A DNA stretch of 64,000 nt from Candidatus Corynebacterium faecipullorum. GTDB taxonomy: Bacteria > Actinomycetota > Actinomycetes > Mycobacteriales > Mycobacteriaceae. The notes beneath the pieces are model-generated. The model was not told where the DNA came from. It did not search any database and saw only the letters and a program-made list of their open reading frames with translations. The DNA is taken from NCBI GenBank assembly GCA_019114925.1, contig DXEO01000114.1:192-64191 (forward strand), written 5' to 3'. The translations under genes were made by a program, and so were the position numbers. Positions 58,762 to 64,000 of this stretch are shown in pieces. Numbering within the stretch: the stretch's first letter is position 1; each line of letters opens with the position of its first letter.

Positions 58762-59089
58762 GCGCCCAGTGTAGCCAGACCGCACTAGCTCCAGTCAGCG
58801 TGCCCGCCACGAAGAGCGGGAGCGACAGCGTGCCATGCGCCCACAACGTCGAGGTGGCCCCCACGAGGAACAAGCCGCCCACGCTAAACAGGGAGCGGCT
58901 CAGCGCCGTCGATGCTGCGGCAGCGCAGAGCAACAGTGCTAGTCCCGCGAACGGGCCGAGCATCACGGCGAGCGCGAAGAAGAAGGTTCCCAGCGCCATG
59001 TTCGTTGCGGCCAGCCACGTGCCGCCGACCAATGCGATCACAAGGCCGGCAAGGGCACCGCAAATGAGCATCAGGCGCGTTGTAGTCAT
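58703..59089 (-). CDS. hypothetical membrane protein
   Basis: Four hydrophobic segments. 3' end overlaps the HAD gene start by 59 bp. Confidence 0.6.
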   Translation of the reverse strand: MTTTRLMLICGALAGLVIALVGGTWLAATNMALGTFFFALAVMLGPFAGLALLLCAAAASTALSRSLFSVGGLFLVGATSTLWAHGTLSLPLFVAGTLTGASAVWLHWAHGKFALRPLWRAHAARREL

Positions 59090-59095
59090 AAAAGA

Positions 59096-59132
59096 AATTC
59101 TCCCACCAACCGCAGAGGGCTGTGGGAGAATT
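59096..59132 (-). terminator. probable terminator of ftn
   Basis: AATTCTCCCA / TGGGAGAATT inverted repeat, T-rich tail on minus strand. Confidence 0.6.
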
Positions 59133-59153
59133 CCTAGAAACTATATGGCTTCG

Positions 59154-59636
59154 TTACCGTTGCGCCAGCGAACCATCGATGCGCAGCAGGCCCGAGCCGT
59201 CATTGCCCACCAGCTTGAGCTGGTCGATGATCTCGGACACGGTGGACTCCTCCTCAACCTGCTCCTCGAGGAACCAGTTGATGAGGGCGCGGGAATCGAG
59301 ATCCCCAGCGGCATCCGCAGTGCGCGCGATCTCTCGAATCTGCTCCGAGACCTTCTGCTCATGCGCGAGGGAGGCCTCAAAAGCATCGAGCGGGGTGGCG
59401 GCCTTGACGGAGCCGACCTGGATATCCCCCAGCTCCACGCGGTAGCCGCGGTCCAGCAGGTGCTCGGCAAACTTCTGTGCGTGCTCGCGCTCTTCCTCTG
59501 CCTGCTTGAAGAACAAATCGCGCATGCCCGGGAAGGACAAGTTGTCCATCTCGTAGGCCAGCTGGGTGTAAATCAGGGCCGCGCCGTGCTCGTTGATGAC
59601 CTGCTCGTTGAGGAGGGTTTGCAGCTTCTCATCCAT
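59154..59636 (-). CDS. ftn: non-heme ferritin
   Basis: Ferroxidase residues in NE..Y, EEREHA, HE, WFLEEQVEEE. AAAGGA RBS. Confidence 0.93.
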   Translation of the reverse strand: MDEKLQTLLNEQVINEHGAALIYTQLAYEMDNLSFPGMRDLFFKQAEEEREHAQKFAEHLLDRGYRVELGDIQVGSVKAATPLDAFEASLAHEQKVSEQIREIARTADAAGDLDSRALINWFLEEQVEEESTVSEIIDQLKLVGNDGSGLLRIDGSLAQR

Positions 59637-59738
59637 GAGAGTGATTCCTTTCGTCTGTTTGGTGTTACCCACAATACAGAAAAACTCCGGGCGCGCTAGC
59701 AAGGCGATCTTAAGCAAACTCGCACGTCATAACACTTT

Positions 59739-59757
59739 TTCTGGTAGGTTTACCTAA
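59739..59757. promoter_or_regulatory. DtxR box candidate upstream of ftn
   Basis: TTCTGGTAGGTTTACCTAA, 14/19 to TTAGGTTAG(G/C)CTAACCTAA. Confidence 0.6.
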
Positions 59758-61202
59758 CTCAAACCAGAAATCCTCTGGTAGCGCGCGAGGCTCACACCAT
59801 CAAGGCCGCGGAATTCCACCGCTACTCCACGACTTGCGTACTTGTTTTCCACGGATTCAAGCACCGCCACGGTTGAGGCATCCCAGATATCGGCCTCCGA
59901 GAAATCCACGATGACCTTGTCCTCCGGCAGGTTGTAATCGAAGGCGTAGACCAGATCGTTCGAGGAGGCGAAGAAGAGCTGGCCACGCACGGTGTAGACG
60001 TTTCCTTCTAGCTCCACCGACACTAGGTGCGCCACGCGGCGCGCAAAGGCCACCGAGGCGGTGAGTACGCCAAGGATCACACCGACTGCTAGGTTATTCG
60101 TGGCCAAAGTGCCAATCACCGTCACCAGCATGACGAGGGTTTCGCTCAGCGGCATGCGGTGAATCGTGCGCACCGAGCGCCAATCCACGGTGTGGAAAGA
60201 CACCATGAACATGACCGCCACGAGAGCAGCCATGGGGATTTTCCCTACGGTATCCCCCAACACCAGGATGAGGATAAGGAGGAAGACGCCGGCGAGGAAC
60301 GTCGACAAGCGCGTGCGTGCCTGGGATTCCTTGACGTTGATCATGGTCTGGCCGATCATCGCGCACACGCCCATGCCGCCGATGGCCGCGGCGAGCATGT
60401 TGCCGATGCCCTGGCCTACGGATTCGCGTGTCTTATCAGAATGGGTGTCCGTGAGGTCATCGACAAGCTTGGCGGTAAGCAGAGATTCCATGAGACCGAC
60501 CAGTGCCACGCCCAGTGCATAGGGAAGGCAGAGGAGGAAGGTCTCGCGGCTAAACGGCACGTCTGGAATGACGAAACCGGGCAGGGAGGTCGGAAGCTCA
60601 CCTTGATCCGCGACGTCGGGAACCTGCCACCCAAAAATCACAGTCAACATGGTGACCACCACGATCGCCACGAGCGGGGCGGGGATCACCGTGGTGATTC
60701 GCGGCCACACCACCATGATGACGAGGCCTAGCGCGACAAGGGGGTAGACCAGCCACGGCACGTTCCACAGGTGGCTCAGCTGTGCGGTGAACATGAGGAT
60801 GCCCAGGGCGTTGACGAAACCCAGCATGACGCTGCGGGGGATGAAACGCATGAGCTTGGCGACGCCCAGCACGGCCATCACCACCTGCAGAATTCCCGCC
60901 ATCCAAATGGTCAGCAGCACGTACTGCAGGCCATGCTCATGGGCCAGGGGCGCGATGACCACGGCAACAGAGCCGGCCGCAGCGGAAATCATGGCTGGGC
61001 GCCCGCCGGTGATGGCGATGGACATCGCCATGATGACGGAGGCGAAAAGACCCACCTTAGGGTCGAGCCCGGCGAGGATGGAGAAACTTAAGACTTCCGG
61101 GATGAGGGCCAGCGCAACAGCAAGCCCGCCAAACACCTCCTTGCGGAAGCGGGCGGGCGAGCTGAAGGCCGCGCGGAAAGAACCGGCGGAGGCTTCTGGC
61201 AT
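59754..61202 (-). CDS. SulP family transporter (YbaR-like)
   Basis: ALALIPE, GGRPAMIS, ESLLTA, CAMIGQ, short STAS LFFASS. Confidence 0.92.
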   Translation of the reverse strand: MPEASAGSFRAAFSSPARFRKEVFGGLAVALALIPEVLSFSILAGLDPKVGLFASVIMAMSIAITGGRPAMISAAAGSVAVVIAPLAHEHGLQYVLLTIWMAGILQVVMAVLGVAKLMRFIPRSVMLGFVNALGILMFTAQLSHLWNVPWLVYPLVALGLVIMVVWPRITTVIPAPLVAIVVVTMLTVIFGWQVPDVADQGELPTSLPGFVIPDVPFSRETFLLCLPYALGVALVGLMESLLTAKLVDDLTDTHSDKTRESVGQGIGNMLAAAIGGMGVCAMIGQTMINVKESQARTRLSTFLAGVFLLILILVLGDTVGKIPMAALVAVMFMVSFHTVDWRSVRTIHRMPLSETLVMLVTVIGTLATNNLAVGVILGVLTASVAFARRVAHLVSVELEGNVYTVRGQLFFASSNDLVYAFDYNLPEDKVIVDFSEADIWDASTVAVLESVENKYASRGVAVEFRGLDGVSLARYQRISGLS

Positions 61203-61717
61203 TAATGTCCTTCCTGGAAAGAGCCATCGCGCGTGATGACCGGCAGGACGGACCATGCGAAGTTGATCCACTGGTCGGTCTTCTTCCACGAGAAGTCCGG
61301 CTCAAAGATGGTGGTCGGCTTGGTGTAGATGACGGCAGACTTGACCTCGGACGCGGTCTGCTCGAGCAGGTTGACCACGAGGTCGAGGGTCTTGCCGGAA
61401 TCCGCCACGTCATCAACGACAAGGACCTTCTTGTCCTTGAGCGAGTCTGTATCCAGCTGTGGGTTAAGAAGAATCGGCTCCGGGAGGGTCTCACCGATAT
61501 CGGTGTAGAACTCCACGTTGATAGCGCCCATCTCCTTGACGCCGATGGCGTAGCCAATGGCGCCGGCTGGGATCAATCCACCGCGGGCCACGCCCACGAT
61601 GAGGTCAGGGAACCAGCCCGAATCCACGATTTCCTGGGACAGGAAGCGACTGGCCTCACCGAAGACCTCCCACGTCAGGTTCTCGCGTTCCGGGTTCCAC
61701 CACTCCGGGGTGCTCAT
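61202..61717 (-). CDS. type I phosphoribosyltransferase (Gpt-like)
   Basis: ARGGL, VLVVDDVADSGKT, W..F.W. Confidence 0.9.
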   Translation of the reverse strand: MSTPEWWNPERENLTWEVFGEASRFLSQEIVDSGWFPDLIVGVARGGLIPAGAIGYAIGVKEMGAINVEFYTDIGETLPEPILLNPQLDTDSLKDKKVLVVDDVADSGKTLDLVVNLLEQTASEVKSAVIYTKPTTIFEPDFSWKKTDQWINFAWSVLPVITRDGSFQEGH

Positions 61718-61770
61718 CGTCTAGGTCTCCTTCGCCAGATTGTGCATTTCCCTCAGTTTAGTCATCTCCC

Positions 61771-63174
61771 TCAGCGGAACGGAACCTCTGCCACCGTTCG
61801 CCGCAATTTGCGAGTGCGCAGCCGCTCCGGATTCTCCGCCAAAGCCTCCACCGCGCGCACCGCGCACATGACGTGAGCCTCCTTCGAATTCGAATAAAAG
61901 GCCTGCGCTTGGGCGGGAAGTTTAGGTACGGCGTGCAGGGGCAAATCAGAAACCGACAGCAGCGTGCCGTACGGGATGCGGTAGCGGTAGCCGTTGGCGG
62001 CGAGGGTACAGGATTCCATATCTACTGCCACCGCGGTGGAGTGGCGCAGCCACTCCCACAGATCCCGGGAGGTGCGCCACTCCCAGTTGCGGTCATCGGT
62101 GGAGAGCACCGTGCCGGTGCGCATGAGTGAATTGTCTTTCCCATAGACCTCATCGACGGCGGCCTCCAGCATGCGCTGGATCTCCGGGATGGCGGGAATC
62201 GGGTTGCTGGTGGTGACGGTGCCGTCGAGGATGTGGTCTTCGCGCTGATAAGCATTGCCCAGGATGAGGTCTCCGATGCGCATGCGGCCGTCGAGCCCTG
62301 CGCAGTGGCCGATCATGATCCAGGCCTCGGGGCGCAGCACCGCGAGGCAATCCGTGATGGTCTTGGCATTCGAGGGGCCGACACCGATATTGATCATGGT
62401 GATGCCATCCCCGCCGGCGGTAATGAGATCAAAACGTGGCATCTGGTAGCGGGAGGTGAGGGTGAGCTCGTCGACGTCGAGAAGCACCGCGTCATTGGGG
62501 TGGATGGTCTCTCCCGTGGGCAGTACGAGCGCGGTGTAGCGCGAGTCTTCCCGCGCCAGCTCGCGCAGGCCGAACTTAACGAACTCGGTGGTGTGCATGG
62601 CGTAGTTGGTGAACAGGATGTACTTCTGCACGGTGTCCACCTCAATGCCGGTGTAGTGCTCGATGCGAGCGCAAGCGATGTCGAAGCGCTGCGGGCCAAA
62701 GTGAAAGAGTGGCTTTTCTTTCCCGTGGAAAGCCTTCCAGGCGCCATCAACGATTCCGTCATGCACCGCATCGAGCGTGGGCCGGGGTATGTCGCCGCGA
62801 TCCTGGGGAATTTCTGTAATCCCCCGGATATATTCCGGCGGGATGCGCTCATCTGATTGGCCCACGTAAATATCGCAGGGATAGTTATTAGTAAGCCGCG
62901 TGAGCTGCTCTATGAGGTATCCACGAATCAGCCATGGCTTTGATATCACCGCCGAGTAGCGGCCCTCTTGGTCCACGTAGCCGAAGGGTTCAGAGCGGTC
63001 AATGGGCGTCCACTGACGCACATGCACGGTGATCTTCGGGTAGACCACGTGGCGGTAGGCGTCGTGGTCCCCCGAGGCGAGTGCGTGACGCGCCAGCTCG
63101 CAGGAACTGTCATAGAGCTTGCTGAGGCGCGCAACCGCTTCGTTGACGGAGTGGACATGCTGCAGGTCGGTCAT
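61771..63174 (-). CDS. amn: AMP nucleosidase
   Basis: HYTG, LFTNY, QMP, GVGPSNAKTITD, DRNWE, DMES. Confidence 0.94.
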   Translation of the reverse strand: MTDLQHVHSVNEAVARLSKLYDSSCELARHALASGDHDAYRHVVYPKITVHVRQWTPIDRSEPFGYVDQEGRYSAVISKPWLIRGYLIEQLTRLTNNYPCDIYVGQSDERIPPEYIRGITEIPQDRGDIPRPTLDAVHDGIVDGAWKAFHGKEKPLFHFGPQRFDIACARIEHYTGIEVDTVQKYILFTNYAMHTTEFVKFGLRELAREDSRYTALVLPTGETIHPNDAVLLDVDELTLTSRYQMPRFDLITAGGDGITMINIGVGPSNAKTITDCLAVLRPEAWIMIGHCAGLDGRMRIGDLILGNAYQREDHILDGTVTTSNPIPAIPEIQRMLEAAVDEVYGKDNSLMRTGTVLSTDDRNWEWRTSRDLWEWLRHSTAVAVDMESCTLAANGYRYRIPYGTLLSVSDLPLHAVPKLPAQAQAFYSNSKEAHVMCAVRAVEALAENPERLRTRKLRRTVAEVPFR

Positions 63175-63281
63175 GCCCGCGAGTGTATCCATGAAAGAAG
63201 CCCGCCGCGGTGAAGCGGCGGGCCCTATCCCCATGACTAATCCGGTAGCGCATGCGGTGTGGAGCTCACCGCCGGTCCAAA

Positions 63282-63300
63282 TTAGGCAAGCCTTAGCTTA
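63282..63300. promoter_or_regulatory. DtxR box candidate between amn and lipase
   Basis: TTAGGCAAGCCTTAGCTTA, 14/19 to consensus. Confidence 0.55.
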
Positions 63301-63341
63301 GTACGAAAGTTGGATATGGGTCAAGAGTAAACTGAAATTCC

Positions 63342-64000
63342 ATGACCCCGCTCCCCCTCGGTGCCCGCAGACGTCCACGCGGCGTCTACGAAGACGACTG
63401 GTCCGCGCGCCCTACCGCCGAACGACCCTGGCCGGTTGTTTTGATCCACGGAACCTGCGACAGCAAGGGGATATGGCAGGTTCTCGCAGGAATGCTCCGC
63501 GCCGCTGGCTGGGCCACCTTCGCCCCTGACTACGGGACCCGCGCCACCGGCCCCCTGCAGGAATCTGCCCGGCAGCTCGACGCCTACATCAACGCCGTCC
63601 GCACCGTTACCGGCGCTGAAAAAGTAATTCTCATCGGGCATTCACAAGGTGGGTTATTAGCTCGGTACTGGATGCGCATGCACGACGGCGCGGAGTGTGT
63701 ACGGCACGTCGTCTGTATCAGTGCGCCCAACCACGGCACGACCCAGGGTGGAATCGCCAGCCCCCTCTTTCGCAGCGAAAGGCAGGAGGAAGTGGCGCGC
63801 TCGCTTATCGACGCCTGGTTTGGCCCCGCCGGAATGCAGCAAGTGACCGGCAGCAAGATTGTGGAGGATACGAACCGTGGCAGCGAGGTCGAACCCGGGG
63901 TGAGCTATACGTGCATCGCCACCCGCTCCGATGCCATCGTGGTTCCGCCCAACACCTGTTTCCTCAATGGCCCGAATGTCCACAACGTCTATATCCAGGA
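63342..64000 (+). CDS. lipase/esterase (alpha/beta hydrolase), runs off window end
   Basis: Not in ORF track. My translation gives MTPLPLGARR...PVVLIHGT...GHSQGG...APNHGT. TAAACT-N8-ATG. Confidence 0.9.
   Translation, partial: MTPLPLGARRRPRGVYEDDWSARPTAERPWPVVLIHGTCDSKGIWQVLAGMLRAAGWATFAPDYGTRATGPLQESARQLDAYINAVRTVTGAEKVILIGHSQGGLLARYWMRMHDGAECVRHVVCISAPNHGTTQGGIASPLFRSERQEEVARSLIDAWFGPAGMQQVTGSKIVEDTNRGSEVEPGVSYTCIATRSDAIVVPPNTCFLNGPNVHNVYIQ

Noticed and set aside
1-64000. CRISPR array, IS transposase, integrase, rRNA
   Set aside because: No regularly spaced repeats, recombinase/transposase motifs or rRNA-like sequence seen by eye

Overview
GC-rich actinobacterial chromosomal DNA, very likely Corynebacterium (inferred from the single emb gene, the dprE1-dprE2-aftA-emb and wzm-wzt-glfT1 order, and McbR/DtxR/LexA-type sites). 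It is mostly core genome: the arabinogalactan cell-wall locus (about 20-35 kb), two tRNA-Ser genes, late molybdopterin genes, choline-to-betaine genes (betA/betT/betB), hrpB, a CysR-like ROK regulator, ferritin, amn and a lipase cut by the window edge. I found no prophage, integrase, transposase, CRISPR array or rRNA. The best leads are: (1) a PucR regulator + amino-acid permease + ThDP 2-oxoacid decarboxylase module directly upstream of the aromatic aminotransferase pat, forming a candidate Ehrlich pathway with a perfect 16-bp operator palindrome; (2) a lone DUF222/HNH nuclease with an SOS box and an SSB-like EEIPF tail; (3) a structured leader ahead of a SulP transporter with partial resemblance to the guanidine-III riboswitch; (4) an antitoxin-like tail fused to MoeB, followed by a nested palindromic element; (5) a DtxR-like box ahead of the lipase. 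All family assignments come from reading motifs by eye, with no database search. Many starts were refined using leaderless TANNNT-N6-8-ATG/GTG promoters.
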